Part shown: positions 33,469-46,303 of the stretch, piece after piece
Layout of the letters: each line of letters opens with the position of its first letter
How positions within the stretch are numbered: position 1 is the stretch's first letter
From: Schmidtea polychroa
Lineage: Eukaryota
Reading direction: 5' to 3'
DNA: 64,000 nt
Assembly: GCA_044892525.1 (NCBI GenBank)
Contig: CM097885.1
Span: forward strand, 40,116,001-40,180,000
Translations under genes and position numbers: made by a program
The notes under the pieces: model-generated
Told to the model about the DNA's origin: nothing
What the model saw: only the letters and a program-made list of their open reading frames with translations
The model's database searches: none

Positions 33469-36360
33469 ATGTTGTTTTCAGCCAATTTCATATTGCCATC
33501 TTTAAATCGATCTTTCGTGTGGAAGTTTTGTGTCGCAGACGTTATTCATCTGATTTTTGGCTCAGACTTTTTGAGCTCTCACGATTTGTTAGTTGATTGT
33601 CGTTCACGCCTTTTGCGGACACACAACTACACAAATCAGACATTACTTACCGACTGACACCCGTGACTTTCCGAAGTCGTCCACCATCATTCAAGTGCTC
33701 ACAAAAGTCTTTTACCCTAAGATAGCTGTCACTATTTTAGAGAAATATTCTAACAGCGAAAAAAATGCTGAAGGTTAACTCACCCGCACCATATTATCAT
33801 TTTATTGAGACTACAACCTCTCTTCCCGTTCGTTGTAAAGTTCGTCCACTCTCAAATGAGAAACTTGACTTCGTCCGTTCTGAATTCTCTAAACTTTTGA
33901 ACGAAGGAATCGTTAGAAGATCAAAGTCACCATGGTCTTCACCATTACATCTTGTCCCCAAGAAGGACGAGACTTTTCGACCTTGCAGTGATTATCGTCT
34001 TTTGAATATGATCACAATACATGATTCATATTCCATGCCTTTAGTTAACCACATTCTTTACCGACTCACAGACGCAAGGGTATTTTCCACAAAAGACCTC
34101 GTCAAGGCATATCACCAAGTACCCGTAAGAGATTCTGACATTGAAAAAACTGCCGCTTTGAGGCCTATTAGACTTTTCGAATATCTTTACATGCCATTTG
34201 GTCTTCGGAATTCTGCCCAAACCTTCCAGAGGTACATTGAACAAATTTTAATGGATTTGCCATTTGCAATTTCATATATAGACGATATCCTCATAGGTTC
34301 GAAGGATGTGGAGACTCACAAACACGACTTAGACGCAGTTCTTAACGCATTACATGTACATAATCTGCAGATCAACAGTGACAAATGCTCATTTTTCAAG
34401 GAAGAAGTTTGTTTTTTAGGACACATTATTTCTCGCGATGGAGTTCGTCCACCTTCGGACAGACTTGATAACATTCGCAATTTTCCTCTTCCGAAAACAG
34501 TAGCACAACAGCGAAGTTTTCTTGGAACGGTGAACTACTGCCATAGATTCATCCCTAAAGTTTCCGAAATTCTTTCACCACTTTCAGGTCTTTGTTCTAA
34601 GTAAAAGAAATCTTTAGTTATCTAGAATAAGGATTCTCTCGAAGCATTTGAAAGAGCAAAATATTCTTTGTCGGAAATACAGACATTACATTATCCCAAA
34701 AAAGACCTGCTGATTCGTTTAATCACGGACGCTTCAAACATAGCTATCGGCGCCATGTTGCATCAAATTAACGGCTTTGTCGCAGAACCTCTAGAGTTTT
34801 ATTCCAAAAAAACTTTCATCTGCTCAACAGAAATACTCAGCTTTTGATCGCGAGCTTCTAGCTATTTACCAGGCGATTAAATATTTCAGACACCTGCTTG
34901 AAGGCCGTTCTTTCAACATACATACAGATCATAAACCGCTGTTGTATCTCTTTACTATGAAAGACCCTTCACCTCATCAGCAAAGTCAGATCAGCTTCAT
35001 ATCAGAATTTTCTTGTCAGATTTTCGACATTGCCGGCAAAAAAAATATAATCGCTGATTATCTTTCGCGTAACATCAACGCTATATTACACGAACCTCTG
35101 TTCTCCATTAGCGACCTACAAAATAATCTTCCAGTTTCCACGGACATATTGAAATTCGGAGATAAACGCGTTGTCCAAAATGGAATCCACTGCGACTCAT
35201 CACTTAGCGGAACATTCCGTCCGATTCTTAGTGTTCCTATGAGAAAGTTGGCTTTTCAATCAGTTCATGATCTGCATCACCCGGGTTCCAATGCCACATT
35301 TAACTTAGAACATTCACAGGTAGTTTAGCCTAGCATGAGACACGATGTAAAACTCTGGGTAGCACAATACGTAAAATGCCAACGACATAAGATAACCAAA
35401 CATACGAGACCTCCCATTATCCACTACCCTACTGGTAATTGTTTCGAGGTTTTGCACATAGATATTGTTGGTCCCCTTCCAAGCGACTGCGGTTTCTCTT
35501 ACTTGTTAACAATGGTTGACCGCAAAACTCGTTGGTTCGAAGCCATTCCTTTACTGCAAATATTATTGCAATTTCTTTAATACAAAATTGGATTGCACGT
35601 TACGATGTCCCAAAAAAAATCATTAGTGACTGCGGAACACAGTTTGAATCAGATTTATTCAAAGCTCTCACTGAGAAGCTCGGCATTCAATACCTCCTCT
35701 CGACCGCATATCATCCACAAACAAATGGTGTAGTTGAACGTTTCCAACGCACTTTAAAAGTTTCTGTGGGCATTCTTACGGAGAAACAGGGATGGACTAA
35801 AGCTCCACCTTTTGTATTGTTGGGTTGGCGGAATACTCCTTCCAGTACAACCGGTACATCGCCAGCTCAATTGCTTTTCGAAACATCGACTTCCTTGCCG
35901 AATCAACTAATTGACTTTGATAATTCTCCAACTTTGGAAGATATCTCAATCGCAAGAGACCATTTTTTGTCAATAGACAGTAACCCCAGTTTCTCTTCGG
36001 CATCCACATAAAAACCGTACCGCATCACATGTTTACGTCCGGAACATTTCAGATACAAGCTTGCAACCTAGATATTCAGGACCATATTAACTGATCGAAA
36101 TCAAGGACAATAATACCAAAGTCATCATTAATGACTCAACGCAGACCTTTAATCTTTGTCGTCTGAAATCAGCTCTTGTTTTACTGGACGATACATTTTC
36201 ACTCGATGATTCTTGCAATCCGATAAATACATTTCCTGAAACCGAGACCTCATATTTCAAGGAACCATTACTTCCTATCAAAAATAACCGCACAGCTGAT
36301 TCCAATCCAATACAACTGTTGAGACTCCAAACACGACTGCAAACACCCAATTCTTAAAAA
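33469..36360 (+). mobile_element. Degenerate Ty3/Gypsy pol (protease tail, RT, RNase H, integrase)
   Basis: WKFCVADV...GSDFL; SPWSSPLHLVPKK, MPFGLRNS, YIDD; TDAS and TDHKPL; HIDIVGPLP, YHPQTNGVVERFQRTLK; several stops and frameshifts. Confidence 0.93.
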
Positions 36361-36577
36361 GGCAAAGCAAATTCCTAACCAGACGAAGAAAGTTACATAT
36401 GGCACTTGGGCTCGCGTCCAGTCTACAAATCAGAGACCCAACATGCCAACCAGACTAGCCAGAATTCATTTCGAATGATTATAACTCATTATCACTAAAA
36501 CATCTTTGGTCCCTTGAACCGTCTCGACCATGCAATCTAGATAACGTAAATCTATATATTATTTATATTATAAATAA

Positions 36578-36755
<178 letters not shown>

Positions 36756-36991
36756 TTGCCCAAGATATTTTTTATCTATAGTACGGTAGTCTTCATGGCG
36801 CTCCGCGTTTTCCGATGGGGGCTGATGTAGTGAGTTAATCAAAAAAACTTTAAATTGTATAAAAAACATTTATGTTATAAATCAGTTGTTTAATTATTCA
36901 GTGTATTTTAAGTTTTAAGCAAATATACAAATTAAAGTTTAGTAATACAAATTACTAATACAAATTAGTAATACAAATTTAGTAATTAATA

Positions 36992-37867
36992 ATGAATTAT
37001 GTTATCAACGATTGGTTTACGGAATATTCCGAGGGAATTATTTTCTCTCAAGGAGTATTTCAAATTAGAATAAAAATCTGGAAAATCTTGGCCTGCATTT
37101 CTTTATTAATATTACTTATGACATTTTTGTTCAATACCAATTATATTGACGATTTATTTCTACCCGATATTAACAGAAAAATTGGATTTTGGTCTGGGAA
37201 TGTTTATAAATTACAATGCGATACAGTTGTTGTTTCAATCAATAATTCAGTCGAAGGCGAACTTTTCGTTGAATCTTCATTAATTCATAAATCTACTGGA
37301 ACTAAATATTCGCCTTTAATGCAAGATACTGTTTCTTCTCATGAAGTTGTAACTCATTTCAAAGATGTTTCAAGTAGTAAAGAACAACAAAAACTAAATT
37401 GTATCGTTCCGGCTTCCATGCCGTTTATTGGATATATTATATCCCTAATAATTGGAACTTTAATTGTTGTTCTCACGTCTATCGTTGGATTTTGCTTCTG
37501 TTTATGTCGACGTGGAGGGAAATGTTGTGGTAAAGATAAATTTCTATTAGGAATCATTTCTGTTATTATGTTAACTGGCATTTTTCAAACGTTTATCAAT
37601 AATCAACTAATTCCTGACACGCTAACAAATCCAAAGCTTATGCACCATTCTCTTTCTAATATTTACATTGAAATATCAAATGCAGAAAAGTTATCCAGAA
37701 ACAATGAGGGCCTGATAGATAAAACTCAGTTTCAAGACATGCTCAGCTGCCAATATTTTAATAATCTAAAAGCGGATTCTTTTAATAAAAAGGTCAAAGA
37801 AAGTCCTTCATCAATCAAGAAGGAACAAACTACGACAACATTCAACGGGACTTTTACTCATTACTGA
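36992..37867 (+). CDS. Intronless chimeric ORF of host-like fragments (TM, macro-domain N-terminus, prominin TM2-TM3)
   Basis: DINRKIGFWSGNVYKLQCDTVVVSINNS resembles GDAP2/MacroD beta1-beta3; GYIISLIIGTLIVVLTSIVGFCFCLCRRGGKCCG...GIFQTFINNQ resembles prominin. Confidence 0.5.
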   Translation: MNYVINDWFTEYSEGIIFSQGVFQIRIKIWKILACISLLILLMTFLFNTNYIDDLFLPDINRKIGFWSGNVYKLQCDTVVVSINNSVEGELFVESSLIHKSTGTKYSPLMQDTVSSHEVVTHFKDVSSSKEQQKLNCIVPASMPFIGYIISLIIGTLIVVLTSIVGFCFCLCRRGGKCCGKDKFLLGIISVIMLTGIFQTFINNQLIPDTLTNPKLMHHSLSNIYIEISNAEKLSRNNEGLIDKTQFQDMLSCQYFNNLKADSFNKKVKESPSSIKKEQTTTTFNGTFTHY

Positions 37868-38500
37868 TACATAATGTTTTATTTCTTGATTACCAATAAT
37901 TAATTGAACTTCTACTTTTCTGATTATATTCAGGACATTGTGTGACATTGATTTGATAATTTTACTCGTTGGTTTCATCTTTGCTCTCTCTTCCCTTGTC
38001 AACAATTTATCTGACACAATGGTATGACTGGAACCTGAATCTAGCAAGGCTTTGACCTTTCTTTCATTAAATAGTATACTTATTCGAGGTTGCTTGCCTC
38101 TGTTTCCTATTGTCATCAACTCATAATTATATGGTAATCCGAGCATGTTTTTCCTTTCAATTTCCGCACTCGTCGATTCCATCTTCTCTGTTTCGAGTTT
38201 AATATGTTCTACTGGTTTCATTTCTTTTAGCCTTTCGCTTGGATATGATGGTGCTGTTGGAATAAATGTAGGTGTGTACCATTTTGAAAGAGTGTCCATT
38301 CCTCTAAGTTTTGGTATCGGTTCTAGTAGAAATCGTGACTCTGGTTTTACCTCACTTTTCATTATTTCTTTTCTAAAATACCTTTGTTCGTTTCGGTCAT
38401 TATCATTGTTGTCGTTATTGCCATTAGTTCTGTCCTTTGATTCACACAAAGATTCTTCACTCTTTTGATCTGTTGTTAACTGTGCTCTCACATTCGCCAT
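37862..38500 (-). pseudogene. Spacer plus retroviral-type aspartic protease (C-terminally truncated)
   Basis: KVKALLDSGSSHTIVS; in frame with Env across one TAA. Confidence 0.85.
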
Positions 38501-38506
38501 TTCTTT

Positions 38507-40369
38507 TTATTGGTGATGAGTAATAAAACACCTCGCTATGAACGGAATACAATCGATAATTATTTTCCATGACCATCCGGATATTACGTATATTCTATGA
38601 GCAGATAAAATGTGAGATACTATCATCTTTATTGTTACTGCGATCACATAGATGCCAATCAAACCAGCACACGCTTGTCCTAAGAACAGTAATTTTCCCC
38701 AAATCTTTTCCATCGTTTTGTACGTTTTAAAGTGATCCGGTGTTAATAGATATTCATAATTAACTTTGCTCTCTCCATTTGGCAATATTGTATCAATCAT
38801 TTCTGAAATCACACGTTCTTCCTTTGATGGAAATAATAAATGTCTTTGGGCTTCTTTAATATCTTCGTTTGCATAGATACCTAGTTGTGCCATTTTATTT
38901 AAAGATGTAAAGTTCACCAAATATTTTATATTGATTAATTCCAATTAATCTGGAGTTCTAACTCCTCGGTAATCAGGTAATGCTATCCAAGAATCTAGTG
39001 CCAAGCGATATAACAGTGCTATTAATCTATTACACTCTAGCAATTTTGGTTTCGCGTGTTCATCCAGCAGTATTCGTGTTATTGGTTCCATAAATCGTAT
39101 TTTCCCATCGACACTAACTAGGAATTCATTCGTACATTTTTCATATTTCATTATTTTTACAGCCACTTCCTTGCATTTATAACTGTAAAAAGCTTCTCCG
39201 AAGATTCTCGCAAACACACCATTTTCTGATATTAACATGGGTTCAAACAAATCTGGGTTTGTGATGGCCATTGCCATTCGATTCCGAAGTTTTTCTTTAT
39301 TTAATTTACAATCATTTAGGATCATTTCTCGATAGATATTCTCCTTGGTGTTTTGACTATAATGAAATAAGTAATCAATTTTAATGTTAAAATAATGGGT
39401 TAGTTTAATATCACTTGTATGGATTTTAGTTTTAGCTTCCTGTACCATCACTGTTGATACGTAAATACCCCTGTAATTGGTGACGTATACTGTTTGGCCA
39501 CATTTATTGGTAATCTCTTTTATTATAAAACGCATAGCATTTATCGGCACTGTTGACATTAACACAGACGCTGTTTTTCTTGTCCACACAGGCGTCTATC
39601 TGATTGTTACATTTCCTCCATAATTCACATTAATATTATCTGGTCTTTCTCGAAATTGCTCTCCACTAATTTCTTTGAAATTCATAGTTTTTAAATGCGC
39701 TAAGTTACACACATTGGTTTTTACCTCGTAAACAAGAATTGATTATCCCGTTTGACAACTATTTTGATTCATATTACAAAATGGGTGGGTCTGTAACTTC
39801 CCCGTATCATCATCGAAAGCTCCTTCAAATTCTCTCAATTCCGTTAAATATTCCTCAATCACTACAGCCCTTTAAATAATTTTACCGCTGACTTTGTACG
39901 GTTCACCTTCACAATCTCCGTCTTATTTCATGATTCCTTTTATAACCACCGTCTCTCTCGTTCTATGATTTATTTTTGCTTTTAATTTAATTTCCGGGTT
40001 AATCTTTAACTCTTCTGTTTGAAATGCTGCTAAAATATTTTGTGGCATAACTTCCACTGGCCTTGGGATTGAACACATCTTTATCAACGTAGTGTGGCTC
40101 CATTTTCCACAGTAAAATACAAACGTAGTACGTTTAACTATACACTCTCGAACTTTCGTTCGTCTTAAATCGGATTCTTGATATACATGATATTTTACAT
40201 CTTTCTCAATCTTTAGTTTTCTCGGATATGCATCTGAACATTTTGGCATATCTACTACCGAATAAATCTTTCCCATTTCTGTTTTTGAACAATCATACGC
40301 AATCATACAGGTTGTCTGAGTAATTATTGCGCACAAGATTATTATCATAAACATTGCCCATGGAAATAT
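38507..40369 (-). pseudogene. Class III fusion (chuvirus G / herpes gB-like) envelope glycoprotein
   Basis: Signal-like IFPWAMFMIIILCAII then AYDC; YCGKWSH; DGDCEG; GEAFYSYKCKEVAV...CTNE...FMEPITRIL...C; C-terminal TM; several stops. Confidence 0.8.
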
Positions 40370-40459
40370 CATCGTTTTTCTCATCTCTGGACTAACTCTT
40401 CCGTTTAACAATTTATGGGGTACACTAATTTCGATATTTTCGTTTATCGTACGCACTTT

Positions 40460-40822
40460 AATCAGCTTCAACCAACCTCCATTCTTTTTCACCCAATTTA
40501 TTAAATATTCATTTAAAACTCGAGCTGTTGTATCTATCAAATTATCTAATTCATCTGATTCCATAATCTTATGAGCCCCTATTTCTAAAACTGCATAGGT
40601 AAAGCTTGTTACTATTACTTCTTTGTCATTTCCATTTTTTGTCAACTTTTTAATCACCTCTCTATCACAAAATTCATCGTTTTCACCAAATCTCTGCATA
40701 ACGCTAGGAAGTTTCTTTGCCATTTCCTTCACTGTGTCCCCCAATTCATACTTTGTATCCACTTTTACTTCAAACATTGGATATACCACTTTAACTAAAT
40801 TCTTTAATAACCCTTTTGTCTC
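40460..40822 (-). CDS. Bcl-2-like domain in the Env leader region
   Basis: BH2-like YLINWVKKNGGWLKL; degenerate BH1-like VIKKLTKNGNDKEVIVTSFTYA at the expected spacing; lacks NWGR. Confidence 0.65.
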
Positions 40823-40994
40823 ACCAACTTTTAATTCTGACCTTGCCAGGCTCTTTTTTCTCTCATACAAAGTTCTAGGCTTTTTTGTAATAATTTCACT
40901 ATTCATTTTGCTTTTTGGCACTTCTCTCAACTCCTTTACAATTTTATGTGGATCCCTTTTCACATTTTTATCATCACTTGCCATTTTTGCAATC

Positions 40995-41193
40995 TGCCCT
41001 TATTACCTGGTATAAAACCACAATCAATTAAAAACTCATCATCACGTAAACATCGATTTTTTAATTTTAACTCTATTATCTGTTTCCCATCATTTTCTTC
41101 TAATCTCTCCTTTAAGTCTTTTATACAATCTCCTGCTTCACATCAAATACGAGCTACAACTTTATTATTTTTATCTACAACATTAATTAACAT
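40995..41193 (-). pseudogene. Ubiquitin-like domain (one internal stop; not in the ORF track)
   Basis: MLINVVDKNNKVVARI*CEAGDCIKDLKERLEENDGKQIIELKLKNRCLRDDEFLIDCGFIPGNK follows the ubiquitin pattern MxIxV...ExxDxIxxLKxxL...G...LxDxxxLxDxGF. Confidence 0.6.
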
Positions 41194-41699
41194 AAAATCT
41201 AACCATGTATTTTCTCATTACGTTTTTCCAAATATTTTCATCACATTTTCAATTTCGTTTCCATCTGTCAAATTTGCATCATAATAATCGGCACACAACT
41301 CAATTACACTTTTCAATTTTCGTATACTCATTGTCATTTGACTCAATTCCTTTAACGATGGAATTACTTTGGATGCTTCTGTTTCTCTCGTTTCAATAAA
41401 TTTGTTGATCCTCAGCATAATCATTGTTACTTTTTCTCTTTCTATATCCAATTTCCCTCTTGAATCTGTCTTTGATCCCTCCGACTGCGACTCATACATC
41501 ATGTGGTTACTCAATTCCTCGTCAAATTCGAATTTGCACATTAATCGATCCAAGCGTCTACTCATCTGCTTCATCTCATTTTCGATTCTCTCATTAAAAT
41601 CATCGATTTGCGCAAAAGCTATGCTGTCAGACTGTGATTTGTCCTTCTGGAATCTCGTTTATTTTAAAATAGGCCTTTGAATTACATTACTACTCTTTG

Positions 41700-42941
41700 G
41701 ACAAGATCAGGCCATATCTCCATAGCCTCTACAGGAGTGACATTGAATTTGGCCTTGTAAATTAACTCTGTCTCTCTGCGGTGATGGTGATGTTGATGGG
41801 GATCTGGATCTTGCAAAACAATTTCGAGAGACATGACCTTTCCTTCCACAATTATAACATTGTATATTATCATTGTTTCTCTGGTTGCTGATATTCGTTC
41901 TGTTAAAGCTTTTCTTGCAATTACTTTTCAACCATTCTGATCGCATTCCTTTTGGACTACGCTGCTCATTATTTTTGAACCAACATTGGCTATTACTATG
42001 TCCTTTTCTTTGACAATTATCACACTGAACTGCGCTAGGGCTCCTTCGAATATTATTTTTAAACCCGCATTGATTTACATGATGGCCCATTTTCTGGCAA
42101 TGACTACATTGAAGTGATCTTTCTCTTTCCTCATTTGGACTGGCTGTTGATTTTCTTGGTTCAAATTTCACTCTGAACTTGGGAGATGGGGTGGTTGACC
42201 TTCGGAGCAAGTTATCACCGACTGATGTTATTAATTTATCTCTTGGCTCACTGATGATTCCGCCTTTGATTGAGTCATTTTGAGGTTCATTTCGATTCTC
42301 ATGGCTTTTCTAATTAAGTCATCAACATTTGCAAAATCCACGAAACATAAAGCTTTTTGGATTTCTTTTTTGACTCCTGTCAAGAATTGATCTCGGAGTA
42401 ATTCTTTAACTTGCTTTGCTACTTCTTCTTGATATTCAAACGCTTTCTCTGCAAGAGTAGATAAATGGTATGCGAACTCACTTATCGATTCATCTGGCTT
42501 TTGCACTCGACAGTGAAACTTCTGACGCATCATCCTCTTTATATCTCCTCCGATCAGCTTGGCTGTTAGTGCATCTTTCAATTTTGCCCAATCATTTGAA
42601 ATGGGTCGTTTATCGATCTGTTGCCATGCTTCTCGCGCTGCTCCTTTCAGGTATAGCGGTAATCTTTGCACCATAATCTATTGGCTCCATCCATAGGCTG
42701 TCGCATACATATAAAAATCAGCCATGGAGTCGACAAATTCCAGCGGATCTCCACCGTATTGATCTATAGCTAGTTTTTGACAACTCGCATAATCATTGCC
42801 TTCCTTGCCGTTTCCCACCTTGGACACAGGTGTTTCGTCATTGTTATTTGTATTATTAGCCTGTCTTGGGGTACTCATTATATTCTCTACTAGTTTTTGG
42901 CTTCTTAATTTATAAAATGATCGGGTCAACACAGGTTTCAC
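41700..42941 (-). pseudogene. Gag (capsid-like domain and four CCHC zinc knuckles)
   Basis: LPLYLKGAAREAW...QKPDESISEFAYHL...DQFLTG; CSHCQKMGHHVNQC, CDNCQRKGHSNSQC, CYNCGRKGHVSRNC and a broken fourth knuckle. Confidence 0.9.
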
Positions 42942-43195
42942 TCGTCTGAAATTTAAAGTGTTACAATTACAAAATTTACTTTTCGTTTTAATTTTGACTT
43001 TTTAATAATCAATTTCCACAATTTTTATTTTCCACTTCACTTTAATAATAAGATCATCACTTTTAAATAACTTTTTTTTCAGTTCAATATATATATATAT
43101 TTTTACAACTTTAAAATACTTTCCCAATCTCAACAAAAATTTTTTTATTCACTTTTTATTCAATTAATGCAGTAAACCGAATCTGAAGCAACTAG

Positions 43196-43970
43196 TTGAA
43201 CACTCTGTTATTTGTGCAGTTGTGTGAAGAAAATGATGAGAACTTTCATCAATTACTACTTCATACTGAAGTAATCTGGCTGTCGAAAGACTTATGTTGG
43301 ACAAGATTGTTTGTACTTTTTGAGACTATTTTAAAGTTTCTGGATGCTAAAGATCAAATTTTAAAAGAAAATTCATTGAACTTCAAAACAGACATTGCTA
43401 TTTAACTGATTTGTTTACTAAATTAAATATAGTTAATTTGCAGTTATAAGGTAACAGTCTAAATTTGATTAAAACAAAGTCCGTCATTTCAGCGTTTCTT
43501 TACAGAATTAAGCTAATGAAACATAACATTGAACTGCGGGAATTTTCCCAGTTCCCCAATTTGTCACAGACAAGCTGCCATGAAAACGACGTTTCAACCT
43601 ACGTTCAACATTTAATCAGATTTTGAAACTAGGTTTGAGGATGTTTTGATAATGGTAATACCACAGTAGATGATGAAATAAGATGATGACATTCAAAAAA
43701 CGAATTTCATATTATAAGAGGAGCTGATCGAAATAAGCACTAACGAAGAACTTAAGGTAATGTTAAAAATGGATATCTGCAATTCTGGCTTCAAAAAGAC
43801 ATACTTGTTACTTATCCCGTATTGTGGAATATCATGAGAAAGGTTTTAACTGCTTTTTCATCCTCATACCTAGTGAAAGAGGTTTTGGAGCAGTTGCCAA
43901 TCTCCTAACAAAAAAAGAAACAAAATGAACATCATTAACCGAGGATATTTGAGATTAAACTTAACTAATG
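43196..43970 (+). mobile_element. Degenerate hAT (Buster/ZBED-like) transposase fragment
   Basis: LFVQLCEENDENFHQLLLHTEVIWLSK (HTEVRWLS motif); downstream FSSSYLV...GF...LLTKKRN dimerisation region; stops and frameshifts. Confidence 0.85.
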
Positions 43971-44371
43971 CTGGCGCATATGAGAATAATAGAAACAAAG
44001 TTCGCGATGAGCTAGGAGTGGTCAGACAATGTCTAGATAAGTCTTCTCCATACTAGCATATGATTTCGTCACTTCCGTTCTAAGCACCCATGGGTTCTAC
44101 GATGTTGGAGATGTGCAGAGGTGGAGTAGATCAAGGAACAGTTGAGCTTCATTTCTAAGACTACTCTTCCTTTCATTTATGGATTGGATGAATATTCCAT
44201 TGGTGTAATTCATAGATATATTTAAATATTAAAACTTTATGCATATCTATTATTTCGGCATTTTTAATTTTAAATCTACCTGCAACAATACGACTATATT
44301 GATTATTATTCCTTGGACTGTTTTTATTATTACAGAATTAAAGAATGTCTAAAAAATGTTCCTGTATATTT

Positions 44372-44467
44372 TCAACTGAAATATAATGCTTTATCGATTA
44401 TCTGATTGATTATTCCTCAACTGAAATATAATGCTTTATCGATTATCTCATTGATTATTCCTCAACT
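44372..44467. repeat. 45-bp tandem duplication
   Basis: TCAACTGAAATATAATGCTTTATCGATTATCT(G/C)ATTGATTATTCC twice. Confidence 0.85.
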
Positions 44468-45495
44468 ATTCAAGTTGATTTTTGAATTTTACTCAAATTA
44501 CAAATTAGTAGCGACTTTCATTTCTACTGCAAACTCAGAACGACATTGACAAAAAAAATCTAATTTCTTTAAGGTTTACAATCAAAATATCGATGGCTAA
44601 TTGCATGAAGTGCAAAATAAATTATATTGACATCAGAAAGCTGCAGCATCGATTACTTTAACAGAACAAAAAATAATTTGTAGACTCGGTTATAAGTAAG
44701 AATTTCTAATTTGATAAAATCAAACTACAATATTTGGATAAAAATATCAATTGTGGAATCACTCTTAAAAAACTAAATCCATTATTAACTTTTCTTTTGG
44801 CTCCAAATCTTGATTTTAACGAATCAAGTCATTGTTGAATTTTTTGTTGATGAAGTTCAGGATTTCATAAAATTTCGAATGAGTTGGAAGTGTCTAATAT
44901 ACTTTGTAGATCAGTGCTTCTCAAAGTGGTGGTCCGCGAGTCAATAGTGACAGGTCGGAAGAACATTTTTGTAAATTTTATTTTATTTTTAAGCGTTAAA
45001 ATATTTACAATTGCACAACAATTTAGTGAATTCGTTAATAATTTTTTATATTGTTTATTTATTACGTTTTAATAAATATTACTAATTAAAATTTATGTTT
45101 TTTGGATTAGGAAAATATAACCGGTCCGCAACACAAAAGTTTGAGATCCATGAAATACTATTTGTAACTCACAAGTCCACATTATGATGTTGGCAGGACT
45201 ATATGTGGATATCAGTGTCAAACAAATTGATAAAACTATTGTAAAAATTTTTTTGGGAAAGCATACCAGCACAATAATATCATACATATATTATTATTAT
45301 ATTTAACAATTAAATGATAATATAAGCCTTTTGCTGGAAAGTGTATATTCAATAAAATGAAAGAATTTTCAATTTTAAAAAGTATTTTCAATTGTATACA
45401 CTTATCAGCAAAATTCTTATATTATCATTTCATTGTTTAACATTCAATTAATGTTGCTACCAAGAAATCATTACTTTATACTATAATAATAATAA

Positions 45496-45526
<31 letters not shown>

Positions 45527-46188
45527 TATTATTATCACTGTGTAGTTTGTATGTATTGCCAATTAGTTAATGATGAATCATTGATCAATAAAATTTTGAA
45601 GGTCAAATTTGATAATATTTTTGTTTTATTCTTTAAATAAATCGATGCTTCATTTATTAGAAAACTTTTGTTATTGAATTTATAGAATTAAATAAATAAA
45701 TTAGTAAAACATTAATAATATTAGATTAAAATTCTATGTTGATTTTATTGTAATTATTTTCAATTTACTCATAATTAATTAATTTATAAACTGAAAAAAA
45801 TATGTTTTTACCAAGACAATAAAAAATTATCGAATCATTTTTCTTTACTTGTATAAGAAATGAAAAAATCATTTTGCAATCTTTTATTGAAACTTCTGTT
45901 AATTGAATAAATGGAAATTTCAGTGAAATCATTTCTGCAGTCTTCTCAATATCTGAAACCTTGAAGCAAATTCATCAATTATTATTACTAGTAAATGAAA
46001 CAATTTTCATCTGAAATCCTTACCTGACCAAATGGATGACGGTGAAAAATTGTATGATGATAATTAACTAGTGCAATCTAGAAATAAATTCACCTATAGA
46101 CTTGCACTGGATATTTACCATTTAGCAATTTTTGAAGGTCTTCTCTGAAATTCTCAACAGCTTCTGAAATGGATCAACTCATTTCGTC

Positions 46189-46303
<115 letters not shown>

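Larger units (their letters stand above)
37811..42941 (-). mobile_element. Decayed env-bearing LTR-retroelement polyprotein: Gag - Ubl - Bcl-2-like - Env - protease; pol absent
   Basis: Successive ORFs are separated only by in-frame stops or small frameshifts; domain motifs are given in the sub-features. Confidence 0.85.

Noticed and set aside
44912..45152. hAT-like MITE (CAGTGCTTCTCAAA...TTTGAGATCCATG)
   Set aside because: The right end is degenerate and there is no matching 8-bp TSD.
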